From: an uncultured Bacteriovoracaceae bacterium
GTDB lineage: Bacteria > Bdellovibrionota > Bacteriovoracia > Bacteriovoracales > Bacteriovoracaceae
NCBI GenBank assembly: GCA_964012805.1
Contig: CAXGUD010000006.1
Coordinates: forward strand, 76,309 to 140,308
Length of the DNA stretch: 64,000 nucleotides
Direction of reading: 5' to 3'
In this document: piece after piece, positions 1-9,399 of the stretch
Layout: each line of letters opens with the position of its first letter
Numbering within the stretch: the first letter of the stretch is position 1
Notes under the pieces: model-generated
Databases searched by the model: none
What the model saw: only the letters and a program-made list of their open reading frames with translations
What the model was told of the DNA's origin: nothing
Program-made: the position numbers and the translations under genes

Positions 1-2331
1 TTAAAGCTTATGTATGTCGTAGAAGACATCTCGGATGTGGAGGCCCTTGAACAAAAAATGAAAGAACAGAAAGAGGAAGTTTCTAAAAAAGCCGGTGTAA
101 TTCAAGAACTCGCAGGAAATAAAAAAGAGGACCTTCAGAACTTTTTTGATGATAGTTACGAGCTTCTCCAACTCTCTATTGATGAATTAAAAAGAATGAG
201 AAGCGAGCAACTTGAAGGAGAGTCAGGTCAAAAGTCTTTAGATATAATTTTTAGAAACTGCCATACTTTAAAAGGAAACTCTCGAATTTTTGGCCTTTCT
301 CTTATTTCTAAAAAGTCCCACGAGGTAGAAGGTGTTTTAGAAGTTTTTCAAAAAGAAGAGGAGGTAAAAGATGTTTTAGAGAACTCCTTAAAATCTCTTT
401 ATGATCTTAGGGGGCAGGTCTCCGAGTATTTTATGGTATCACGAGATCTTTTTGGAGTGGAATCTCAAGATGAAATACGCTTTAAAAATGAAATACATGA
501 ACTTATGCTCGATTTTGAATATTGGATCGCTCAAATTTATTTCCAATCAAGAAATACTGGTTATGAACCTGAGGGGATAAAGGATTTATGGAAAAAGCTT
601 GTTGACTTGGATGAAGATATAAGAGAGCAGATTCTTTCATCCTTAGTTAGAGTTTTACACGGTCTTAAAGGATTGAGTAGGGCCTTAAATTTAAAGTCTT
701 TAAGTGAATCAATTCACCAATTGGAAGGTGTCATTTACGACTTTTCCCCAAGTATTGATAAAGAAGATGAGAGTACTCATGAACGATTGGAGTCAGCTTA
801 TAATGAGGTCATAAATTTGGCCAGGAACCTTTATTTAAAGTCAGTGGATTTTAAACCTCTCGTATTAGCCTCTGATCAGTGGACGGAGCTAATTTCAGAA
901 TTTATTCAAATAGCTTCTTTATATTTTAATGGCAGATCTGAAGACCAAAAGTCCATAATAAATAGAATTTACCTTTTTAATACAAGGGCTTCCAACTTTA
1001 GATTTCATTTTTCCCCATCTATTATTAGGTCCGTGTATGATTTTTTTGGAGGGAGTTCAGACTCTGAAAAAAATAAGATAAAGAGGGCTTTTAATAGCAT
1101 ATGGCTTTATTTAAAGTGGATCATTCAAATTGATATTGAAAAAAGTGTAGATTTTCAATTAAGAGATACGCTTATCTCCTATTTTGATGAAGATAAAGAC
1201 CATTTGAAAAGAAGTGAGATCATAAAAAAGATCCGTTTGAGAAGCGATACTCAGAACGGTCCCATTCTTTTTACGATATTTGAAAAAATTAATAATCAAG
1301 AAAATTTTCTTATGGAGGATTTTCTCCTTGTTTTAGAAAAATTAGAAGCCTCTGATGACAAAGACTTTAAAGGACGAGAATTGTTGGAAAGGTTAATACC
1401 AAAACAAGATTCGAAGTCGTCTTTAGGTGAACTTTTTCTTGGTCTAAAAAACCTTTTTAACTATGAAAACTTTGAGTTAATAACTTCCAACAATCAAATT
1501 CAAGGAGAAAGCATAGAGACTTTAAAGGAAATCATTAATTCAAGACATTTAAATATTTTTCCTTATCTTCAAAGTTTAGATTTTATGAGAGTTTTAAGAA
1601 GTTATGTTTATTTGGATGAGGATAGTGAACAGAGTAGAAAACCAAATACAGTAGATGTTTTAATGGAGAATTTTGAAGGACTCAAATCTCATCTAAAAGA
1701 TAGATGGGATGATGGGGAGATACCTAACTGGGACGAAATGGATAAATTCTTAAAACATCTTGAAGACATACCAGTTAAGTATTCTTTAAGAAAGCTTGGT
1801 TCAATGGCAACAGAAATGGGTAAAGGTTTAGGTAAAAAGGTTAAGTTCGTTATGAAAGGTGATCAAGCTTCCCTACCTAAAGAAAAGTTAACAATTTTAA
1901 AGGATGGAATTATACATTTGGTGAGAAACTCTATTGATCATGGTATTGAAGCACCAGAGATTCGAAAAAGTTTAGGTAAGGATGTTTTTGGAAAACTCGA
2001 GGTAACACTATCAAAAGAGAAATCAGGGGGGCTTTCATTAAGCATATCTGATGATGGTGGCGGTATCAAATTTGATAAAGTCTTAGATAAAGCCATTGAG
2101 CGCGGTATTATAAAGAACGCTGAAAAAGCAAGTTTAAGTTACCAAGACAAAGTCAATCTTATCTTTGAACCTCGACTAAGCACAAAAGAAAAATTGACAG
2201 ATATATCGGGAAGAGGAATTGGAATGGACGTCGTCAAGAAAAATATTAAAAGCCTTGGAGGTTCAATCGAGGTTATCACTGAGCTTAATAAAGGTACAAA
2301 CTTTATTATACGTCTTGAAAAAATTGAATAA
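1..2331 (+). CDS. CheA-like histidine kinase with two Hpt domains and a C-terminal HATPase, no CheW domain; 5' truncated by the window edge
   Basis: Hpt motifs FRNCHTLKG and VRVLHGLKG; CheA kinase motifs HLVRNSIDHGIE, SDDGGGI, DISGRGIGMDVVK, GTNFII. The frame is open from base 1 (TTA AAG CTT ATG), so the true start is probably upstream. Confidence 0.85.
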   Translation, partial: LKLMYVVEDISDVEALEQKMKEQKEEVSKKAGVIQELAGNKKEDLQNFFDDSYELLQLSIDELKRMRSEQLEGESGQKSLDIIFRNCHTLKGNSRIFGLSLISKKSHEVEGVLEVFQKEEEVKDVLENSLKSLYDLRGQVSEYFMVSRDLFGVESQDEIRFKNEIHELMLDFEYWIAQIYFQSRNTGYEPEGIKDLWKKLVDLDEDIREQILSSLVRVLHGLKGLSRALNLKSLSESIHQLEGVIYDFSPSIDKEDESTHERLESAYNEVINLARNLYLKSVDFKPLVLASDQWTELISEFIQIASLYFNGRSEDQKSIINRIYLFNTRASNFRFHFSPSIIRSVYDFFGGSSDSEKNKIKRAFNSIWLYLKWIIQIDIEKSVDFQLRDTLISYFDEDKDHLKRSEIIKKIRLRSDTQNGPILFTIFEKINNQENFLMEDFLLVLEKLEASDDKDFKGRELLERLIPKQDSKSSLGELFLGLKNLFNYENFELITSNNQIQGESIETLKEIINSRHLNIFPYLQSLDFMRVLRSYVYLDEDSEQSRKPNTVDVLMENFEGLKSHLKDRWDDGEIPNWDEMDKFLKHLEDIPVKYSLRKLGSMATEMGKGLGKKVKFVMKGDQASLPKEKLTILKDGIIHLVRNSIDHGIEAPEIRKSLGKDVFGKLEVTLSKEKSGGLSLSISDDGGGIKFDKVLDKAIERGIIKNAEKASLSYQDKVNLIFEPRLSTKEKLTDISGRGIGMDVVKKNIKSLGGSIEVITELNKGTNFIIRLEKIE

Positions 2332-2408
2332 TCAATCATCACTGCTTTTTTTCTTGCTATATTTTTTTCTTAAAGTTTAAACTCTTGTTAAAAAACAGGA
2401 GTAAGCTT

Positions 2409-3659
2409 ATGAGAAGACTTTTTTTAAAAAAAATATTTTTTATATTAGGATTCACTTTTTTGGTTTTTCCTTTTTGGGGGTCTTCAACTCTTCCTCTTGT
2501 AAAAAAAGGTGAAGGTCATTTCCCAACAAGCCTCCTTCTAAGAGCAGACCTACATAAAGGTTTTCAGTTTCCAAACATGTCAACCATGAGGAACTCTCAC
2601 ACTGCCCAAAATGATTCTGGAGATTATGCTTTTTCTTTTATGACTTTTATAAAAGGAAAGTGGCTTTCAGCTTTGTGGTACAAGGGAAGTGATCAGAAGA
2701 AAGGAATGATTCTCTATACCGCTACAGAGGATACGATCCTAAGTGATCCCTCTATAAATCAAAAAGGTGACGTGGTTTTTAGTGAGTTTGGCCTGTCTGG
2801 AACAAAGAATGTCTTTGTCTATAGTAAGAAAACCAAGTCCCTCTCACGACCGTTAAAAAATTATGTGGACATTATTCAAAGAGGTTCTCATTTTCAAATC
2901 AACGATGAAGGATTCATCCTCTTTAGGAGCAATAAGTCAAATGATGGCCAATCAATTTATTGCTTAGGAGAAGACCATTTAATCGAAAAGCTTTCTCAGA
3001 GAAAAGAACAAGGTCTAAGCTATCTTTTTGGCCCAAAGCTTGTTGGAGTAAAAGGCTTCTTAGTTAAGGTGAGAGAAGGTGGGCCAGGAGAGTGGGAAGA
3101 AAAGCGTCCGGACTCTCTCCGCTTTTACTCTTTTGAAGGAATTGATAAAGGACCTCTTGTCCTCCACAAGGATACTGACATCGATTCAGCCTCCCTTTTT
3201 AAGCGGTTTGATAACTCAATGGCCGCTTCTTCTGATGGACAATGGATGGCCTTTATTGCTTATTTAAAAGATGGAAAAAGGGCGCTTGTAAGGCAAAAGT
3301 TTGAAGGGACTTTCACTATTATTTCAAAAGAGGGGGCCCATGGAGTTAAGAAAATTGAGTTTTTCTCTCCGAGTATAAATGACTTGGGGCACGTCGTTTT
3401 TAGGGGGATTGGTGATAACGGTAAGCGCCATATTTACCTTGCGGGGACCAATTCAATGAGGATCCTTCTGTCTGAAAATCAGAAAATCTCTTTGGATCAA
3501 GGGGAGGGAGTTATCTTTGCTCCCGAAGGACCGAGTTTTGGTGGGCAAGCAACTCTTAATAACAAAAATCAAGTCCTTGTAAGGGGAAGAGTCTTTAAAA
3601 TCAAAGGGCAAGTTGACCTGGGCCAGGCCCTTTTCCGAGTTCAAGGACCTAAGGATTAA
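2409..3659 (+). CDS. Secreted repeat protein (NxxGxxAF-type repeats, probable beta-propeller)
   Basis: AGGAG before ATG 2409; hydrophobic N-terminus; repeats PSINQKGDVVF, QINDEGFILF, PSINDLGHVVF, LNNKNQVLV. Confidence 0.6.
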   Translation: MRRLFLKKIFFILGFTFLVFPFWGSSTLPLVKKGEGHFPTSLLLRADLHKGFQFPNMSTMRNSHTAQNDSGDYAFSFMTFIKGKWLSALWYKGSDQKKGMILYTATEDTILSDPSINQKGDVVFSEFGLSGTKNVFVYSKKTKSLSRPLKNYVDIIQRGSHFQINDEGFILFRSNKSNDGQSIYCLGEDHLIEKLSQRKEQGLSYLFGPKLVGVKGFLVKVREGGPGEWEEKRPDSLRFYSFEGIDKGPLVLHKDTDIDSASLFKRFDNSMAASSDGQWMAFIAYLKDGKRALVRQKFEGTFTIISKEGAHGVKKIEFFSPSINDLGHVVFRGIGDNGKRHIYLAGTNSMRILLSENQKISLDQGEGVIFAPEGPSFGGQATLNNKNQVLVRGRVFKIKGQVDLGQALFRVQGPKD

Positions 3660-3725
3660 TTTCATAATTGATAAAAAAATTTTGTGAGATAAACCTCCTG
3701 TTTTGTGTAAATTATATAAAAGAAT

Positions 3726-3755
3726 AAAAAAAGGGAGCTGTCGCTCCCTTTTTTT
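3726..3755. terminator. Bidirectional intrinsic terminator
   Basis: A7-GGGAGC-TGTC-GCTCCC-T7 between convergent genes. Confidence 0.9.
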
Positions 3756-3783
3756 CATGGTCATTTTTAATAAATTGCTATCT

Positions 3784-4482
3784 TTAATTCTTACTATCAG
3801 TCACAGCAGCAGCGTAAATGGCCATACCAAAGGCAATCTTGTTAACAAAGTCCGCTAGGTTATATACCAAATTCATTGTTCCAGCATCGGCCCCACTTCC
3901 TAGGTAACCGATGGCATAACCTATGGGATAGATTGCCCAACCAATAGTTACGATAAGCCTTAATGTATTAAATGCTTTTTGGCTAGAAGCATTTCCGCTA
4001 GCGGCATTAACCTTACTAGCCTCTCCAGCGAAGATTTCGTAAATAATGTAAAGCCACCCTGCCATTCCTATGACAAAAGCAAGAGTTACATTCATTGCTT
4101 GGGTTTCTCCTAAATAACCCGCTACAAGCATTACTGTTGAGGAGACCAGCAGTCTCCAGAAAAGGCCTGATGCTACGGTCGTTACTGCAGCTAAGATCAC
4201 ATAAAATTCTACAATTTGAAGGGGGACAGTTATAAACCAATCGACATATCTAATTTCTGTTGGGGATTGTCCGCCAGTAAGCATCCATGCTTCTCTCATA
4301 TAAAAATAATGCCAAGCTGCTATACCTGTTATCAAGCCTGCAATGGTCAGAGAAGTTTTCCACTTTTCTGAGACTCTGTCTCTTTCTAGAAAGAAGAAAG
4401 CTGTCGCCGCTACCATGGCCATGGAAATGACCCAAAAGGAAATAGCTACATGATCTCCTGATTTAAGAAGTAATTCTTTCAT
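3784..4482 (-). CDS. Proteorhodopsin, DTE proton pump, Gln at the spectral tuning site (blue-absorbing type)
   Basis: 7 hydrophobic segments; WHY (H58); RYVDWFITVPLQIVE (D81/T85/Q89/E92); ADFVNK (D211, Schiff-base K215). Confidence 0.97.
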   Translation of the reverse strand: MKELLLKSGDHVAISFWVISMAMVAATAFFFLERDRVSEKWKTSLTIAGLITGIAAWHYFYMREAWMLTGGQSPTEIRYVDWFITVPLQIVEFYVILAAVTTVASGLFWRLLVSSTVMLVAGYLGETQAMNVTLAFVIGMAGWLYIIYEIFAGEASKVNAASGNASSQKAFNTLRLIVTIGWAIYPIGYAIGYLGSGADAGTMNLVYNLADFVNKIAFGMAIYAAAVTDSKN

Positions 4483-4847
4483 AACTTCAAGTCTCCTTGG
4501 TAAAGATGTGTGTTTATGGATATTTTTTTACCTAGTATTTTAACAGAAAAAGGGTTTCAGATTTTTATATTAGAAAAAAACCTACAGAAAAAAATTGGAA
4601 AGTTAAGTATCATTAAAGGAAATACTTATTGTAAAATCTTGCTAATTATTTGTTTTTTTTAATTTTTTCATTGATAAAACTTAGTAAACCTTTATTGTAT
4701 AGAAAATGATAAATGTTTACGAATAACAAAATTGGTAAAGGAAATTATCTCGGATTTGTTTAAACTTAAAAATCCTTTTATCGGGGATTTTTAATGAAAT
4801 TGAAGCGAATAAACGTTTGAATGAAACTTTGTATGAGGAATACTTCC

Positions 4848-5477
4848 TTACTCTTTTTTAAAAAGGCTTAGATATTCCTTAAGGCCTTCTTTTTCAAGGT
4901 CTTCTACTGGAATAAAGCGAAGAGATGCTGAGTTGATGCAATAGCGCTGCCCTGTTGGTTGAGGGCCATCGTTAAATAGGTGTCCAAGGTGGCTGTCGGC
5001 ATGCTTTGAACGGACTTCTGTCCTTTTCATAAAAAGGCTATTGTCTTCTTTCAGCTTTAGGTTTTCTTTTTCTAGAGGAGCACTAAATGAAGGCCAACCT
5101 GTTCCGCTATCGTATTTATCTAGAGAACTAAAGAGGGGTTCCCCAGAAACAACGTCAACGTAAACTCCTGCCTTTTTATTATCCCAATATTTATTTGAGA
5201 AAGGTCTTTCAGTTCCGTCTTCTTGAGTGACTTTGTATTCTAAATCCGTCAGTTTTTCTTTGAGCTCTTTTTTAGACATTGTTTTAAACCTTTTCCAGTG
5301 GCCAGGGGTTTTTGGGCCTTGATTTTTACTTTTATTGACAGAAGCAAGTGACCTGCTGTTTTCAGAAGGGCCATCCATCTCTGTTTGGTCAAATTGGGCG
5401 AGTACGACTGTAAGCGTTAGTAGTCCTAAGCTGAGTTTTATAGTATAGAGTGTTCTTTTTTTGACCGGGTCTTTCAT
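4848..5477 (-). CDS. msrB: Peptide-methionine (R)-S-oxide reductase with N-terminal export/anchor segment
   Basis: [37 protein letters not shown] motifs. Confidence 0.95.
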   Translation of the reverse strand: MKDPVKKRTLYTIKLSLGLLTLTVVLAQFDQTEMDGPSENSRSLASVNKSKNQGPKTPGHWKRFKTMSKKELKEKLTDLEYKVTQEDGTERPFSNKYWDNKKAGVYVDVVSGEPLFSSLDKYDSGTGWPSFSAPLEKENLKLKEDNSLFMKRTEVRSKHADSHLGHLFNDGPQPTGQRYCINSASLRFIPVEDLEKEGLKEYLSLFKKE

Positions 5478-5539
5478 ATCTTCTCTTATGGTGCAGGATC
5501 TTTTTTACTCTTTATTTTACCATAAGGCGATTTTTTTCC

Positions 5540-6061
5540 CTATAAAACTCCCGGCTTAATGGGATAGGTTTTATCATTAATTTCAAGGATATAGACGCCA
5601 TCTTTTTCAAAGATAAAGTTAGTGATTTCAATATAGCATTTTCTTGAAAACCTGCCCTTAACTTTTCCCTTCAGCGCCATAAAATAAAGAATATTATTTG
5701 TGTCAATGCTAAGTGTTTTGGGGTTGAGGATCTCTTTAATACCTCCCCTAAAAATCAGTGTAACTGAGAGAATTTTACCTTCCTTACTTTTTATAATATC
5801 CAACGAAGTGGTAACGAGAGGTGTATCAAGGCATGTGACGAAATTCTTTTCTCCCTGGCAGTAGACGACATATTGAGGGAGAGTTTTACCTTCAATTAGG
5901 GGAAAAGCATCTGAGTCATTTTCATCTACAGGTTTTAAATGGCGCAAAAAAAAGCTTATAGTCTTCTCATCTAAAAGAGGCCTTCCTTCAAAAAGGAGCT
6001 CTCCCTCTTCATTTATTTCGTAGTGGTAAACTCTTTTTGAAGGAGGTTTTTTTCTTTTCAT
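5540..6061 (-). CDS. DUF1285-like protein (also resembles C8orf82/UPF0598)
   Basis: YEINEEGELLFEG...FFLRHL...CQGEKNFVTCLDTPLV...LYF...GRFSRKCY pattern recalled from these families. Confidence 0.55.
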   Translation of the reverse strand: MKRKKPPSKRVYHYEINEEGELLFEGRPLLDEKTISFFLRHLKPVDENDSDAFPLIEGKTLPQYVVYCQGEKNFVTCLDTPLVTTSLDIIKSKEGKILSVTLIFRGGIKEILNPKTLSIDTNNILYFMALKGKVKGRFSRKCYIEITNFIFEKDGVYILEINDKTYPIKPGVL

Positions 6062-6172
6062 TTAATTAGAATACCTTATCTTTAGGGGACTTGAAAGTTA
6101 CGATTATGATTTGGATTTTGGGTCATCAAAATTTTGTTATACTTAATTTTTAATTGATTAAAAAAAGTAAAC

Positions 6173-7150
6173 TCAACTTTTTTTATAAGAGTTTATAAAC
6201 TTCTCTATCCCTTCCATTGTGTTGACTTTTGGTTGATAGCCTAGGATTTTTTTTGCCTTTTTAATATTTAAAGTTTGGGATTTTGCAAAGAGATTACAAG
6301 TGTACCTCGTTAGGACTGGCTCTTTGTTGTTAAGAAAAAATTTGTGTACAATTTCACTTAAAAAGCAATAAGCATAAACAAAGTGGTAAGATATGAGCTT
6401 AGGGTCTCTTTTAAGACCCAATTGATTGAAAACGTGATCAATAATATACCAAAGTTTTTGTGGATTACCATCTGAAATATTAAAAATCTGTCCATTGGCA
6501 ATGTCTTTTGAGAAAAGTGCACACCTAATGGCCTCAACGGCGTTATCTATATAAGTAAGGTCAGTTAGGTTGTTACCTTTTCCAATAGTCCTCAATCGTC
6601 CTTTATTATTGGCCCTTATTAACCTTGGGAAAATGGCCTCATCTCCGGGGCCAATAATGGCCCTAGGCCTTAGAATAATGGCGTTGGGAAAGTTTTCTAA
6701 AACACTTTTTTCGGCTTTAATTTTTGATTCAATATAATCATTGAGTGGTCTAGTGGTAATGGGGTCACTTTCCTTGATATCCAATAAATCTTTTGAGCTA
6801 TGGTAAACACTAGGGCTAGAAATCAAAATAAACTTTTTAATTTTGTATTTTTGGGCCAATTGGGCGAGGTTTGAAGACGCTTTATAATTAACCTCTAAAA
6901 AATCTTTTCTTTTTCCCCAAGGAGAAGATAAACCACCGCAATGAACAATATGGTCAAAGCCATTCACAATACTTTCCATTTTTTTATAATCAGTTAAATC
7001 GGCTTTTAAAAAGTGGACGCCTTTATTTAAAAGTTCCCTTCCTTTTTTTTCATTCCTTCCTAGGCCACTTAAATGATTAAAGTCTTTTTTTAAAATTTCA
7101 CAGGTTCTCTGTCCTAAAAAACCAGTCGCTCCAGTAACTAAAACTTTCAT
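6173..7150 (-). CDS. Extended SDR, 3-beta-HSD/OleD-like NAD(P)-dependent reductase
   Basis: TGATGFLG Rossmann motif; SSPSV; YIESK (YxxxK); LRPRAIIGPGD; TYIDNAV. Confidence 0.9.
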   Translation of the reverse strand: MKVLVTGATGFLGQRTCEILKKDFNHLSGLGRNEKKGRELLNKGVHFLKADLTDYKKMESIVNGFDHIVHCGGLSSPWGKRKDFLEVNYKASSNLAQLAQKYKIKKFILISSPSVYHSSKDLLDIKESDPITTRPLNDYIESKIKAEKSVLENFPNAIILRPRAIIGPGDEAIFPRLIRANNKGRLRTIGKGNNLTDLTYIDNAVEAIRCALFSKDIANGQIFNISDGNPQKLWYIIDHVFNQLGLKRDPKLISYHFVYAYCFLSEIVHKFFLNNKEPVLTRYTCNLFAKSQTLNIKKAKKILGYQPKVNTMEGIEKFINSYKKS

Positions 7151-7168
7151 TATTTATTCCTTAAAAAG

Positions 7169-8941
7169 TTAATTCTTTTTAATAAGAAAATTATCAATAA
7201 CCAAGTAGTCTAAATCCGTAGTAAGAAACGTTGTTAAGGCATCTTCTATAGAGTGAATAATAGGCCGTCCCATAACGTTAAGACTCGTGTTTACCAAAAT
7301 AGGTACTTTTGTTATTTGATAAAAATCTGAAATCAATTGGTGGTAAAGGGGATTTAACTCTTTATGCACAGATTGAAGCCTTCCACTTCCATCTTTATGG
7401 ACAACAGCTGGTACCAGTGACCTAACACTTTCTTTAAAGAAAAGGGCCTTTTCCATATAGGGGGTTTTAACATAATTTTTAAAATAATCTTGCCCAAATT
7501 CATGAAGAATCGAGGGGGCTATAGGCCTATAAAACTCTCTTCCTTTAATTCGTGAGTTAATTTTTTCCTTCATTTCTTTCTTTCTAGGATCCGCCAGTAT
7601 GGAACGGTTTCCAAGGGCCCTTGGCCCAAATTCCGCCCTTCCCTGAACCCATCCTAAAATTTTTCCATTGGCCAAAAGGGTGGCCACCTTTTTAGTGAGT
7701 AAGTTTTTATTATCAAATTCTTGAAAATTAACTCCTCTGTAGTCTAAAATTTTTTTAAGGTAATCTATGTCTGGTTCGGACCCTAAATAGGGCGAGGAAC
7801 CAAGAACTGGCCACTTTAAAGACCTTTTCATTTTATTAATATGATACTTTTGGTATAAAAGGGCACCCAAAGAGTTTCCATCATCACCTGGGGCAGAAGG
7901 TATGTGAATTTGATCAAACCCAGCCTCTTCCAAGATTCTTCCATTTGTTAAAGAATTAAGTGCGCAACCGCCTCCATAGGCTAGGTTCTTTTCACCAGTT
8001 TTCACTTGTAATTGGTTGGCCAATTCGATCACAGTATCTGAGAAGGCCTTTTGAAAGTTATAAGCAAGATCAGCGGATTTCAAAACGTCCTTATCCGCCG
8101 GTTTTCTAAATCCGCCTACTATTTTATTGAGTTTTGCTTTGTCTCTAGGGCCAAAATTTGTTCTAAGTTTAATTCCCTTAACTTTCATTTTTTCTTTAAA
8201 AAAATAATAAATTTCTTGATTGAATTTTCCATAAGCACTGAGCCCCATAACTTTCCACTCTTCTCCATGCAGGCAGGAAAAACCGCAGCATTCTGTGACG
8301 GCCGCATAAAGATAACCCAAACTTGCCCTGCTTTTATAAATGAGTTTGAAGTTATTATTTTTAAAATGATAAAAAGAACAGGATATTTCTTCTCCTGCTC
8401 CATCGAGTATCATGACGGCACATTGATTAAAGGTGGATGTATAAACGGCATTGGCAGCATGGGTAAGGTGATGGGTTGTTTTTTTGTGAGAAACTTTATG
8501 AAGATAATCCCCCCATAAAAACTTTCTTAATTGAAAAAGAACGACCGGTAAACCTTTTAAATACCAAGTTTGAGAATATCTTGCTAGGGCCGTAAATGAC
8601 TGGCAATCATCAAATAAAAAAGGTCTTTTTTTATTAAAAAAGGCAACTCTTCTATAAATTGAGTTAAAAATTTTGGCAAGGCCTCTTATATAGAAGGGAG
8701 GTTTCCAGGTAGTTCTTAAGGTAAGTTCAACTGGATTTTCAATAGGAATTCCTCTTTCTTTTAAAGTTTTTTTTAGCCCTTTTAATGAATGGAGGTCTCC
8801 TACAGAAAAAAGAGACCGCTTATTTTGGGAAAGCCTTTCAAGTCCTTCAGCATAGATTTTATCTTTGTAGCAAACCGCTAAAGATGGGTCATGAAAAGTA
8901 TTGCTATGACCTATAATTACCTTATTAATTTCATATTTCAT
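7169..8941 (-). CDS. NodU/CmcH/TobZ-family O-carbamoyltransferase
   Basis: HDPS, HHLTHA, DGAGE, GEEWKVMGLSAYG, GGCALN, PGDDG, EFGPRALGNRSILADP, LVNTSLN. Confidence 0.95.
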   Translation of the reverse strand: MKYEINKVIIGHSNTFHDPSLAVCYKDKIYAEGLERLSQNKRSLFSVGDLHSLKGLKKTLKERGIPIENPVELTLRTTWKPPFYIRGLAKIFNSIYRRVAFFNKKRPFLFDDCQSFTALARYSQTWYLKGLPVVLFQLRKFLWGDYLHKVSHKKTTHHLTHAANAVYTSTFNQCAVMILDGAGEEISCSFYHFKNNNFKLIYKSRASLGYLYAAVTECCGFSCLHGEEWKVMGLSAYGKFNQEIYYFFKEKMKVKGIKLRTNFGPRDKAKLNKIVGGFRKPADKDVLKSADLAYNFQKAFSDTVIELANQLQVKTGEKNLAYGGGCALNSLTNGRILEEAGFDQIHIPSAPGDDGNSLGALLYQKYHINKMKRSLKWPVLGSSPYLGSEPDIDYLKKILDYRGVNFQEFDNKNLLTKKVATLLANGKILGWVQGRAEFGPRALGNRSILADPRKKEMKEKINSRIKGREFYRPIAPSILHEFGQDYFKNYVKTPYMEKALFFKESVRSLVPAVVHKDGSGRLQSVHKELNPLYHQLISDFYQITKVPILVNTSLNVMGRPIIHSIEDALTTFLTTDLDYLVIDNFLIKKN

Positions 8942-8978
8942 AAAATGGAGTCCCTTTAAAATTTTAAGATTTATCGGT

Positions 8979-8998
8979 AAGATTAAATTTTTAATCTT
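8979..8998. promoter_or_regulatory. Inverted repeat (candidate operator) in the divergent promoter region of the cluster
   Basis: AAGATTAAA-TT-TTTAATCTT, perfect 9-bp arms, adjacent to a minus-strand ACCGATAA box. Confidence 0.4.
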
Positions 8999-9030
8999 TG
9001 AAAAGAAGAATTTAAAAAAGGAATGGAAAA

Positions 9031-9288
9031 ATGGTGATTATCGGAAAAATATTCCTGTCAATCTTATGGGCAGTTTCTTTTACTTTTGTTTTAACCAATC
9101 TTTCAATTAATTTTTCTCCTTTTTTAAATGAAAACCTTGCTTCTTTACTTGTCATTTTTTTTATTATTCACCTAATTCAGTACTTTATTTTCGTTAAAAA
9201 ACTAAGAAGGGAGCCTTTTAGGGGATACCATTTCTTTCAAATCTTATTTTTTGGAATGGTTCACGTAAGAGGATATAAAAAAGAATAG
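9031..9288 (+). CDS. DUF1145-like small membrane protein
   Basis: 85 aa, 2-3 hydrophobic helices, IHLIQ and QILFFGMVH motifs. Confidence 0.65.
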   Translation: MVIIGKIFLSILWAVSFTFVLTNLSINFSPFLNENLASLLVIFFIIHLIQYFIFVKKLRREPFRGYHFFQILFFGMVHVRGYKKE

Positions 9289-9399
9289 ATATCAAAACCT
9301 ACTAGAATTTTTTGCCTCTAATCTTTTATTTTTATCAATTAAAAAAAGTTAAAACTATTTTTTGCCGACCCTTTTCTAAATAGCAATCAAAGGAAAGTT

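Noticed and set aside
8051..8518. 155-aa plus-strand ORF and similar short nested ORFs throughout the window
   Set aside because: They lie antisense or out of frame within well-supported genes and show no motif or RBS.
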